A program made the position numbers and the translations under genes. This document shows positions 1-10,390 of a DNA stretch of 37,661 nt, piece by piece. The notes beneath the pieces were generated by a model. It was not told where the DNA came from and made no database searches. It saw only the letters and a list, made by a program, of their open reading frames with translations. The stretch's first letter is position 1. Every line of letters begins with the position of its first letter. Source of the DNA: Octopus bimaculoides. Its lineage: Eukaryota. Location of the stretch: NCBI RefSeq assembly GCF_001194135.2, contig NC_068999.1, forward strand, positions 26,993,858 through 27,031,518, given 5' to 3'.

Positions 1-264
1 ATTCTGTAAAATAATATTTAATTAGTTTAAATGTACACAAATGCATAAAAATAATTTTTAATTCCATTAGACATTCTGAAATACTATTAAATTTCATTGA
101 ATTTAAAAAAAGGTAAAATCGGACAGAACTTATGGGATGACCTGATATGTATATATATATATATATATAGGTATATTAAATTTCTGAGCGTGAGGTAAAC
201 AGTAACAGTACGGAATCGTAAAGCCTTACGATTGGATTGAGTTTTCATCACTAGCTTGTGATTA

Positions 265-311
265 GCACACACTGAAGACGGGTAACTACCCAGAAACCCA
301 GGTCTGTATGT
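265..311 (+). ncRNA. Putative minimal type I hammerhead ribozyme
   Basis: Stem I 5' strand GCACACA (265-271), core CTGAAGA (272-278), stem II GGGT-AACT-ACCC (280-291), GAAA (293-296), stem III ACC-CA-GGT (296-303) with GUC cleavage triplet (302-304), stem I 3' strand TGTATGT (305-311; 6 of 7 pairs including one G.U). Confidence 0.6.
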
Positions 312-315
312 ATTA

Positions 316-545
316 CGTAAGGCTAGAGATGGGAGCGATGACCCACTCTCGCAAATACTGATCGGACTCAGTGTGTCTTTAGCCAGCTGGAGGAGATATC
401 TTCCTTGGGCTAAAACAACAATAACATTGTCCTCTATGGCACCCCCATATTTAGTTGGTAAATATATTTTACGATTCCGTAAAGCTAGAGATGAGAGCGA
501 CGACCTCACCTCGCAAATACTAACCGGACAGTGTGTCGTTAGCCA
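316..545. repeat. 162-bp-period tandem repeat (one full and one partial unit) of a dispersed family
   Basis: CGTAAGGCTAGAGATGGGAGCGATGACC...CTCGCAAATACT...CAGTGTGTC..TAGCCA at 316-385 recurs at 478-545. The segment CCAGCTGGAGGAGAT...GCTAAAA (383-415) also matches 2391-2423 and 33791-33823. Confidence 0.75.
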
Positions 546-548
546 CAA

Positions 549-1040
549 TTATATATATATAATTTCGAACTGAAGATCTGTTAATGAAGCATCTCGGGGT
601 AAACAATATATATTGTATAATTTTCGTTTGTGTCGAACTCGCGAGCAAGCAACATAGAGTTGGCCGTGAGAGAAGCATGTTGTAGAGAGATCAAGTCCAA
701 CTTCCTTGAGGGATTGACCCTGAGATTTGTTAATTGAAATACCAAAACTTAGTTTGACTGGAAACTGAAGCGTCTTAAATTTAAATGGATCATCTGTAGG
801 TGCGAGAGGATTTTTTGGAATAAAGACCTTTCCTCCTCTGTGATCACCTGTTATGACTGTTGCCTCTAGGACATGGAAAGCATCTTGGAGATGAACATAA
901 TTTTTAGCCCTTAACTTTTTTTGATTGTTATAAATGTAGAGATGATGCTCACTTTCAACTTTAGCATACTTTTCGACCAGGTATTGCCGAGATAGATCAC
1001 GATACATGTGTAATTGATTTGATTGTTCTGGTCTTAACAT
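549..1040 (-). mobile_element. Helitron remnant: C-terminal PIF1-like helicase fragment
   Basis: The ORF encodes EATVITG..GKVFIP..LQFPVKLSFGISINKSQGQSLKEVGLDLSTTCFSHGQLYVACSRV, the typical end of a Helitron Rep-Hel helicase. The homologous part is about 635-880; the N-terminal part of the ORF is not recognisable. Confidence 0.9.
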
Positions 1041-2235
1041 CAGCTGATAAGAATGGAAGTCATTTGACGATACCTTTCTGTTTGTAATTGGCTCTCCCGT
1101 GGCAGGTTCAATCCATGGAATATTGAACTATTACCCATCTTGTCCATTCCACGAAATAAGAGGATACTGGAGAGCATCTTAAGAGGGACGAGTCTCTGAA
1201 ACACGTTTAAGATTGTTTTCTCGAGCGCGAATGAGAATATCATGATTTTTATGGGAATCACTTACTATAAGGATGGCTACTTCATTAGATGTGGGCTCAT
1301 TAAAACGGAGTAAAATGTCCTTTACTATAGTTTACTATAGACGAAAGGAACGCGGAAACACACACATACTCACAGATAGATACACACTCATACATATATG
1401 TATACGTATGTGTAGATGTGTGTGCGTGTGTTTTATTGTCTGAGGTCTAACGTATAAAAATTATCATACATACACTCGCACATACATACACTCTGACATA
1501 CACTCACATACATATACAAAGACATACATTCACCCACACCTCATGCTTATCTCTGTCCCCTTGTGCGTTTCTCTCTGCCTTTCAATGTGTGAATGTGTGT
1601 GTGTGTTTCAGTCGTCACAAAAATGTATGTATACTGACACACACATACACCCTCACATACACTCACACACATATACTTCTCAGTCATCGGCCTAACGTAT
1701 GTAACAAACATTCAAACACACACACACACACAGACACATACACGTTCATATAGAAAATTTGAAGTCATCGTCGTCGTGGTATAAAATGTCGTTTACGACA
1801 GTTGACTTATAGAAAGATTATAATGTTAAATTTTTGTAATGCAAATATGTAAATGAAAATAAGGTTTATCTGGTAGCCGAAAGATTAGTGAATCTTTTGG
1901 TATCCCATACATCAAAATCGGCAACTATGTTTTCGAATGCATGAGGATCATACGCGCGCGCACACACACATAAACTTATATATATATATATNNNNNNNNN
2001 NNNNNNNNNNNNNNNNNNNNNNNNNNNNNNNNNNNNNNNNNNNNNNNNNNNNNNNNNNNNNNNNNNNNNNNNNNNNNNNNNNNNNNNNNNNNNNNNNNNN
2101 NNNNNNNNNNNNNNNNNNNNNNNNNNNNNNNNNNNNNNNNNNNNNNNNNNNNNNNNNNNNNNNNNNNNNNNNNNGAGAGAGAGAGAGAGAGCAATGTTAA
2201 ATCTCTGAACGAGGTATTAACAGTAACTGCAAGAC

Positions 2236-2481
2236 AAAGTGAAGTATATTTGCCACTTAAATGCGGCTGTACCCTAAGGGTGGATGTTACTGTTGCTTTT
2301 AGCTCCAGGAGAACTGTGATATCACAGATCAAGATGGGAAGGATGACTTCCCTTTGCAAATACAGACAGGACACAGATGTGCGTCAATAGCCAGCTGGAG
2401 GAGATGTTCTCCTGGTGCTAAAAGCAATAGTAACATTCACCCTTAGGGTTCAGCTGCATTTAAGTGGCAAATATACTTCAC
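2236..2481. mobile_element. About 245-bp fold-back element with ~76-bp terminal inverted repeats (MITE-like, or an inverted Penelope-type pLTR pair)
   Basis: 2239-2314 (GTGAAGTATATTTGCCACTTAAATGC...CCAGGAGAAC) is the reverse complement, with a few mismatches, of 2406-2481 (GTTCTCCTGG...AAATATACTTCAC). No coding capacity. Confidence 0.75.
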
Positions 2482-3189
2482 GTATANNNNNNNNNNNNNN
2501 NNNNNNNNNNNNNNNNNNNNNNNNNNNNNNNNNNNNNNNNNNNNNNNNNNNNNNNNNNNNNNNNNNNNNNNNNNNNNNNNNNNNNNNNNNNNNNNNNNNN
2601 NNNNNNNNNNNNNNNNNNNNNNNNNNNNNNNNNNNNNNNNNNNNNNNNNNNNNNNNNNNNNNNNNNNNNNNNNNNNNNNNNNNNNNNNNNNNNNNNNNNN
2701 NNNNNNNNNNNNNNNNNNNNNNNNNNNNNNNNNNNNNNNNNNNNNNNNNNNNNNNNNNNNNNNNNNNNNNNNNNNNNNNNNNNNNNNNNNNNNNNNNNNN
2801 NNNNNNNNNNNNNNNNNNNNNNNNNNNNNNNNNNNNNNNNNNNNNNNNNNNNNNNNNNNNNNNNNNNNNNNNNNNNNNNNNNNNNNNNNNNNNNNNNNNN
2901 NNNNNNNNNNNNNNNNNNNNNNNNNNNNNNNNNNNNNNNNNNNNNNNNNNNNNNNNNNNNNNNNNNNNNNNNNNNNNNNNNNNNNNNNNNNNNNNNNNNN
3001 NNNNNNNNNNNNNNNNNNNNNNNNNNNNNNNNNNNNNNNNNNNNNNNNNNNNNNNNNNNNNNNNNNNNNNNNNNNNNNNNNNNNNNNNNNNNNNNNNNNN
3101 NNNNNNNNNNNNNNNNNNNNNNNNNNNNNNNNNNNNNNNNNNNNNNNNNNNNNNNNNNNNNNNNNNNNNNNNNNNNNNNNNNNNNNNNN

Positions 3190-3227
<38 letters not shown>

Positions 3228-3344
3228 TATGTACATATGTGTGTATATATTTATGCATTCTCACACACGCATACTCATACATACATATTTACATACATGT
3301 ATGTATATCTGGTGAGAAGAGCTATGGGGTCTCTAGTACGTGAT

Positions 3345-3480
3345 TGGTACTGTATCATATCAATCTCGGTAGAATAAAATACAGAGTTAGTCTTCGTTTG
3401 ATTTAAATACAGGCCATAAAGTCGGAAGTAAAGACTGCAATGCATTAGGTCCGTTGCTCTAACAATTCGGTAAATCTATC
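3345..3480 (-). mobile_element. Degenerate copy of the tRNA-derived SINE seen at 18128-18330
   Basis: TTGGTACT..TATCAATCTCGGTAGAATAAAATACAGAGTT...CTAACAATTCGGTAAATC aligns by eye to the reverse complement of the SINE head and central domain. Confidence 0.5.
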
Positions 3481-3539
3481 GGCTTTCTATTTTATAGAGA
3501 AGCAATTTAAATCCTATATTCTGTTGGTAACATATCGTT

Positions 3540-5750
3540 ACTAATAAAGTAAAAGAACATATTTTCATAGTTTTCTCCGGTTTTTAGAGTTGCCGTCTCT
3601 TCATAACAACACCATGACTTTATAAAAAGAAAACTTGCAGATTGTTACAATTGTAAAAAAATGTTTCAAGCAAGGCTGATAAAAATTGATATAACACATA
3701 CATAGATAAATAAGTTGGTTTAAAGATCTAGTTGTTTGTGAGAATACAAAGATTTTCGTTCTTGTTGTTGATTATATAGAGACGATTCAACTTGATCTTC
3801 ATATCAGTGTGAACAGGCATGCTCCAGATGATTGTTAACCAGATCCTTATCTTATTACGTATTTTGTACATTTACAACTACGTCTCAGTTTTGAAGTCGA
3901 ATTTTCGGCATATTGCCTTGTAGGCATAATTTCCAACTGGAACGTGTCAGTGTATATACTCTGTCTTTGCCAAAAATAATGTGGATCATTATTGAGTTGT
4001 ACTTGTTTCCTTATTTTCTCCTTATGGTTATTTGTCGTGCCCGTTGTACAATGAAGAGCTTTTGAACCATCGATAGCTATTACACTGGTATTACATTAAT
4101 TATTGAATGAGTATTCTTTGATATAGTTTGAAATTCTATTTTGAGCCTACCTTTTGTCTGAAAATATTTTGTCCTTTCGTTCTTATCTCAATCTTTTTGT
4201 CGATGTAGTTGCTTTCCAGATTATAATTTATTATATAAACGGAAAAGAGTTTCTTTGTTTTATTTAAGTTCCGTTATTACACTAAGCGCTTTCCCTTTGC
4301 GAGACCGATAGTTATTTTATAATAGTTCTCTATTAGTACCAAGTCGGTCCTTTATGTGAGCGAGATAGGTATATTCTATCATTAGTGAATTTAGGTGGGG
4401 ATGATGGTTGATTGAAATGCAATAAGTAGTTTCTTGTTTTTTTTTTTATTTAAGCTTTCAATGCATCTAATTTGTGTTGAATCTCTAAATTAGCCTGGGT
4501 TTTTTGTATCATAGAACCGTATTTTAAATTACGTTTCCTTTCTGTGTGTTCTAATCATTCTATTTTTCCTTCCGTATTCGTGTCTTTGTTCCTAGTGTGA
4601 TTTTCTGATTTCACTATCATGATATTCAAAGTTCTGAGAGTCAATTAAGTTGTATCGTTGTCTAGTCTTGTACTCATTCCTTTATCATAACTGAGTTCAT
4701 GAATAATTTTTTACGCTCTCCATCTGGATATTGTAAATATTTTCTTTATGTAATCCATATAAAGGAGGTTGTTTCATGATTTGTCTATAATCATTGGTAG
4801 CTTTATTTAGAAATTTTTCTGATGAGGTTAGAGAACGCTAGAAGAGAATATAAAGAGTGTCATTAAAAGATTTCCCTTTTGATGGATGTAAGACTGTCTT
4901 AATTCACATTCTTGTAGTGATATGATTGTTTCCCATTTGAACATGGCTCATGGAATAGTGATGTACTGTATTTATGACGGGGCAATTTATTCATTTGTAA
5001 TGATCACAATATCCAAGAATATTGTGCATTATCAAATGCTGCTCGATAATCAATCCCTGCCACGGTAAGTTTCCTTGTTTTCTTTTGTTGCCCTCCTCGA
5101 TAATTTCCCAGTAGTAGATATTCACAGTGAAGCACCAGCATATTTTCTGGCATCCTCCTTGCTTATCTGGTTAATGGTTATTGCTTTCCAGACGAGAAGT
5201 GCAGTCAGTCTTTTAGTTTGTTATTGTTGTTGTTTAACACGATGCCAGCCGTGATTGATCAAAGGTATTCAAGTCATGACCAACCTGTTAATATGGACAT
5301 CAGTGGAAATTTATCTAAATTTACATCGATGTCCATATTATCCATTGTGTTGATCCATTTGTAAGAGGATAGCGATAGCGTGTGATTATGTGATCAGAGA
5401 AAGATTTGGTTGCTATTTATAAAATGATCAAAGGAATTTGTAGGCTTTTAGCGAACATGCTATAAGAATGTAAGTTGCTTTGGAGAACCAATATGATCTA
5501 TCTTTTCAAGTACTAATTCTAGCCATCTTAGCAGATCACTGAATGCTGATGCCACTAATTCATGAGTATAAGTTAGGTGTTTCAGTCAGAAGTTGAGAAC
5601 ATTGTTAAATCCCATGGAATTTTCCATGTACTTGAGATTTGTTTGCGTTGCTGTTGTAAATTTTTATACTTTCGTTTCTATTCCATTGTACCTTTTGACT
5701 TGCACTGGAACATCTTGTCCCGTATTCCTCTCCACCAGTTTAAACGAAAA
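3540..5750 (-). mobile_element. Heavily decayed RLE-type non-LTR retrotransposon (R4/Dong-like), RT through C-terminus
   Basis: Manual minus-strand translation gives NF*LKHLTYTHELVASAFSDLL (~5540-5600), GNYRGG..AGIDYRAAFDNAQYSWI (~5010-5110; cf. WIDYKKAFDSVPHSW), KREIF**HSLYSLL (~4840-4880; cf. RGIFQGDSLSPLL), NNLLYMDYIKK (~4745-4775; cf. HLLYMDDIK) and a decayed zinc-knuckle region at ~3810-3960. Many stops; boundaries approximate. Confidence 0.75.
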
Positions 5751-5995
5751 ATATAAATGAAAACAACGAAAATGATATTAGGACAATAAATATTGTGAGC
5801 AAAGATATCCTGAATACAAGTAAAACTAAAATAAAAGAAAATAAAGTTGCAAAACACTAGGAATTAAACTCTATCAGATCTACAGAAGGCTGAACAACAA
5901 TATTAAAAAAAGAAAAAAAAAACTACGCAAACCAAAATATGTGAAAATAAAAACCCTTTCTTTGGAGCGACGAAAGATTCTCTTAAACAGCATAA

Positions 5996-6189
5996 CAAGA
6001 GAAAAATGTCAGAAGTCAAAAAGCATGAACTACACATGAAATCTCAAATTACCCATCGTTATGAAATGACAGAGCTGCTATTTAAGCAAAAATGAATGAA
6101 TAAATAAAAAACAAAAAGCAACAACAATTTCTTTCTCACTTAAAAAGATTTTATTAAGAAGTGGGTAAAAACATTGTTCCCCTAAGATG
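5996..6189 (+). repeat. 194-bp direct repeat, copy 1 (flanks the RTE fragment)
   Basis: CAAGAGAAAAATGTCAGAAG...GTTCCCCTAAGATG matches 7723-7916 with 5 substitutions and no indel by my count. Confidence 0.95.
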
Positions 6190-7722
6190 TCCTTGAGGAA
6201 GAGCTGCTCTCACAGGTAATTCAGGGATGCGATTGGGAACATTCTCACTAACTATAGACTGCTGATTCAAGAGTTCATCAAAGTGTTCTTGCCACCTTTG
6301 CAGAATTCCTTGTGAATCACGAAGAAGTTCTTTACCACCCCTGCTTCGAAGTGGTGTCATCAGAGAAGAAGTCGGCCCATAAACTTCTCGCAAGAGACCA
6401 TATAACAGCTTTGTGTTATTGGAATCCGATGCCGCCTGTATCTCATCAGCCTTCTTACTCCACCAGGTATCCCTCACACGTGATTTCACATCCTTGAGTT
6501 CCCTATGTAATACATCTCTCTCCTGTGGCTTTGCTGACAAATAGCGTGACGAAGTACGTCTTTTAACAGCTAATAAATCATCTATATGTTCATCATTTTC
6601 ATTAAACCAATCTTGATGCTTTCTTTGTATCAATCCCAGAACTTTTCTGCCTATATTATAAACTGACTTTTTGAGGGTCGACCAATCTTCCCCAAAATCT
6701 GCAGCATTCATTTCCTGTCGTAAAGTTCTCTTCACGCCATTACAACTAAGACGAGCAACATTCAGTCTTTTAGGCAGGGTAATACCTGCAGCACGGATTT
6801 TACGTTTTGTGATTAATTTGACTTTTGCATGTACCAGGCAGTGGTCAGTCTAACACTCAGCCCCACGAAGAACACGAACACACCGCACGTCACGTCTGTC
6901 ACACATCCTGACAAGGATGTAATGCAGAATATGCCACTCTTTAGATGCAGGGTGCATCCATGTGGTCTTAAACTTATACTTTTGCTGAAACATGGCATTG
7001 GTAACACACAGACGCAGCTCCTCGCACATCTGCAGCAGAAGCATACCATTACTATTACACTTTCCCACCCCATGCTTTCCAATTACTGTCCTTGTGTTAA
7101 AATCCCTACCCGCTCTAGCATTAAAGTCACCCAGTACGATGACTTTGTCTGCCCTAGGGATGTTTCTTATAATGCCCTTCAAAGCATGGTAGAAAGAAAC
7201 TTTTTCATCATTAGTAGAGCACATAGTTGGAGCATACACACTCACCAAGGTTAAATCATTTCATGGACATAAGCCGCTCATTAATCCCGACTGGGAATTC
7301 TTCCAACATGTCCACAAGAGTAGTCTTAACAACAAATGCCACTCCAGCCTCTCCTCTAAGCTCTTCATCTCTCCCTTTCCAAAATAATGTATATCTTCCA
7401 CAAGATTCTGTAAGATGACCATCTCCAGCCAGTCTCGTCTCAGACAAAGCAACGATATCAAAATCATAGCGTCGAAGCTCCTTCGGAACAAGAGCTGTCC
7501 TGAACGCAGGACATTCTGAGGACTTGCGGTCAAGCAGTGTCCGTACATTCCAACAACCAATATTCAGTATTTTATTTGGTTCTATCACAGTAGCATGATG
7601 ACAGCCGGGTTCAGACTGTGTTGCTCTGGATACCCTGCCGAGCCAGACTCTTTCATCTGATGTGGTTCCAGAGTCCTTACTGCCATTTATGTTTTTACTG
7701 TTTTGGTACATCATTGGTACAT
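6190..7722 (-). mobile_element. RTE-clade (BovB-like) LINE, 5' portion only: APE endonuclease plus linker, frameshifted, no RT
   Basis: LNIGCWNVRTL..ELRRYDFDIVALSETRL..YTLFWKG (7256-7714), VSVYAPT..VIVLGDFNAR..NSNGMLLL..TTWMHPASKEWH (6850-7248) and HQDWFNEND..WWSKKADEIQ..RWQEHFDELLN (6154-6735). Homology stops at 6190, before the RT domain. Confidence 0.93.
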
Positions 7723-7916
7723 CAAGAGAAAAATGTCAGAAGTCAAAAAGCATGAATTACACATGAAATCTCAAATTATATATCGTTATGAAATGACAGA
7801 GCTGCTATTTAAGCAAAAATGAATGAATAAATAAGAAACAAAAAGCAACAACAATTTCTTTCTCACTTAAAAAGATTTTATTAAGAAGTGGGTAAAAACA
7901 TTGTTCCCCTAAGATG
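7723..7916 (+). repeat. 194-bp direct repeat, copy 2
   Basis: Second copy of 5996-6189. Confidence 0.95.
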
Positions 7917-8064
7917 ACAAAATATCATTCATAAGTAAGATGGCCCCAACAAGCTGGTGCATGAAGTATATCATGAATGAATAAAGATTCTTACAGATGA
8001 AAAAGTATAGAGAAATCTGAAAGTAAAAGCCATCGGTAGTACAGCAAGAATATTCCAAGGCGCC

Positions 8065-8160
8065 TCCCTTTTTCTTCCTGGAGCAAACAATTTTAACCAC
8101 CATACTAAACCAGACGGGATACAAGTACACATGTCGTGGTATGATTATCAAACCCCTGTG
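8065..8160 (+). mobile_element. Small RT-region scrap of an R4/Dong-like LINE
   Basis: Translates as FFLEQTILTTILNQTGYKYTCRGMIIKPL, resembling the segment between the GDSLSP and YMDD motifs (LF...L...LN.TGYGY). Short and weak. Confidence 0.35.
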
Positions 8161-8182
8161 TCGTGTCTCTCTTAGACATTCA

Positions 8183-8228
8183 TGCATGCATACATACATA
8201 CATACATACATACATACATACATGCATA
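8183..8228. repeat. (CATA)n microsatellite
   Basis: Direct reading; it separates two LINE scraps. Confidence 0.9.
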
Positions 8229-8493
8229 CTGCTGATGTGAAGATCAAAGTGAGAGAGAAGATAGTTATAGAAAATTGCTTCGAAACCTCCATCTTCCATA
8301 TCCGGATTACAAATTTACATTTATACCAATAATAGTTGGAGCACTTGGTTTTGTAAGTAAATGCCTAACTGTCAGTCTGGATAAGCTTGGATTTTCAGAA
8401 AAAGAAATCAACCAACCGATTCGCACATTAAAAATACAATCTGTAAGTGGAACAGTAAAACTATGCGAGACTTTTCTCAGGTTTAAAATGTGA
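8229..8493 (+). mobile_element. 3' end of an RLE-type LINE ORF (R4/Dong-like; related to 36850-37600)
   Basis: ADVKIKVREK..LRNLHLPYPDYKFTFIPIIVGALG..QSVSGTVKLCETFLRFKM* is a typical RLE C-terminus. Confidence 0.75.
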
Positions 8494-8605
8494 CATTGTT
8501 TTCGTTATCTACGTTCCAACGATGAAGTTTTGTGTTTTTGTTAGAAACCTGTTCATTCTTCAGAGAAAGAATTTAAATGGTTAAATACAGAAGAGTCTGG
8601 CATAT

Positions 8606-8716
8606 AAACACACACACGCACGCACACAAACACACACGCACACACATACACACACACACGCATACACACACTCACACACATACATACATACATACATACA
8701 TACATACATACACACA
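8606..8716. repeat. Compound (CA)n/(CATA)n microsatellite
   Basis: Direct reading. Confidence 0.9.
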
Positions 8717-8813
8717 CCTTTTCCAGTAGTGTTCGTTTTGTGAGTATGATTACATGTATGTATATTCCAAGCACATGTATGTGTATGTGTTGGTGCAAGC
8801 ACACAGACACGCA

Positions 8814-8862
<49 letters not shown>

Positions 8863-8875
8863 AGNNNNNNNNNNC

Positions 8876-10390
8876 ATATATTTGGTTTTGTACATAGTAT
8901 TGTTCTAGAGAATGTTTAAGAAAACAAGAAAAATTATAAGTTTGTTTTAGAATTTAAGATTACATAGAGAGTATTGTACATAGGATATGGGCAGTTCCAA
9001 TGAGCACTATCTTTTGAATCTGCCATTTTGGGGTTTCCTGGTATCTGAGCTAGGTAGGAATCAACCCCTTTTGCTATCATTCCTAGTTCACCTATGACAA
9101 CAGGTAATTGTTTAGTCTTCAGGTTTCACATTTTGCCAATTTCTATTTCAAGATCTTTATACTTGCTCAGTTTTTGGTAGGTCTTGACAGATACATTTAT
9201 GTCGATTGGGACAGTCATATCAATGAGGAGGCATGGTTTTTGTCTGAAGTCTTTCAATATAATGCCTGGACTATTCGCATCTATCGTTCTGTCAGTTTGA
9301 ATGGTGAAGTTGCAGAGGAGTGAGATGTGATCATTTTGAAGCACTGGAGGTGGTTTGTGTTCCCCCCAGTTTTTATCATGGGGCAGGTCCAGGTTTTTGC
9401 AAATTATTCAGTGAATATATTGTGCTGCTCTATCATGCCTGTTGAAATACTCTGTAGGTGCAAGAAGACTGCACATGGAGACAACATGATCAATGGTTTC
9501 ATTTTGTTGTTTACATACACGATTTGTTGGGCTACTGCCGTTCTTTAATATGTTGGCCTGGTGGTTTCTTGTAGGTAGGCATTAATCTTGGCCTGCTATG
9601 ATAAACCCTTCTGTTTCTTATTTTAAGCCAGAAAACACTAACCATTGATGGGTGAGGGTTTTGTCGACATGGGCACTATTAGCTTTCTTTAGGTATTTGC
9701 CATTGAGAGGTTTTTCTTGCCATTTATCAGTAAGAATATTTAAGGCAGCAGTTTTAGCACGGGTTTTCATACGCTTAGCTTTTTCTGTGCTTGTACGTCT
9801 AATTCTGGAATTTGTTGTATTTGGAATTCACTTAGATATTCCTTTACTTGTTTTGTTACCGAGTATAATGCTTTCTTGTTTTCACGCTTGAGACAAGTTT
9901 TAACACCCAGTCATCAGAGTTTTTCAGGTAGGTATCTAGGCCAGTTGTGGCAATGTACATTGTTAATTCCAGTTGTAAAAGTCCACGGCCACCCTCTTTT
10001 CTTGGCAGGTAAAGTCGTTCTATATCTGCCTTAGGGTGGTGCATTCTATGCATTGTCAGCAATTTTCGTATTTTTCTGTCAAGATTACATATTTCAGTAA
10101 TTGTTCAGTTAATGATATTGAAGTCACGACTGGTATGGCTAAAGCATTGATTGCTTCGAAATTGTTTCTTGCATTCAGCTCTGTCTTAAGTATCACCCTT
10201 ACCCTGCGATAACATTCTCCTCTGATCCTTGAATGTTTGATTCCGTCCTTTTCAAATATCCCTAGGTGTTTGTAGCTCTCCGCTGGTTCTAACTCCTTTA
10301 TGACATGCTGCTGGTCAAGATGAACATTGGATATCCTTTGCAAATACACTTTAGAATGCTTTCCTTGGTCAAGGTTGATCTTGCAATTGC
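8876..10390 (-). mobile_element. 5'-truncated R4/Dong-like RLE non-LTR retrotransposon (pseudogenised)
   Basis: ESYKHLGI..LNARN.FEAINALAIPVV (10056-10394), HHPKADIERLYLPRKEGGRGL (9856-10062), RLE core FTIQTDRTIDANSPGIILKD..CLLIDMTVP.D.N..K..KLSKYKDLEIEI (9126-9344), then LPVVIGELG and a short 3' tail ending at the gap. Confidence 0.9.

Noticed and set aside
251-300. CTAG at 251-254 as the 3' terminus of the minus-strand Helitron
   Set aside because: No convincing GC-rich hairpin at the right distance. The nearby hairpin is better explained as hammerhead stem II on the plus strand, and unrelated repeats intervene.
1040-1261. Continuation of the Helitron helicase upstream
   Set aside because: I could not find helicase motifs in any frame, so the Helitron call is limited to the clear C-terminal segment.
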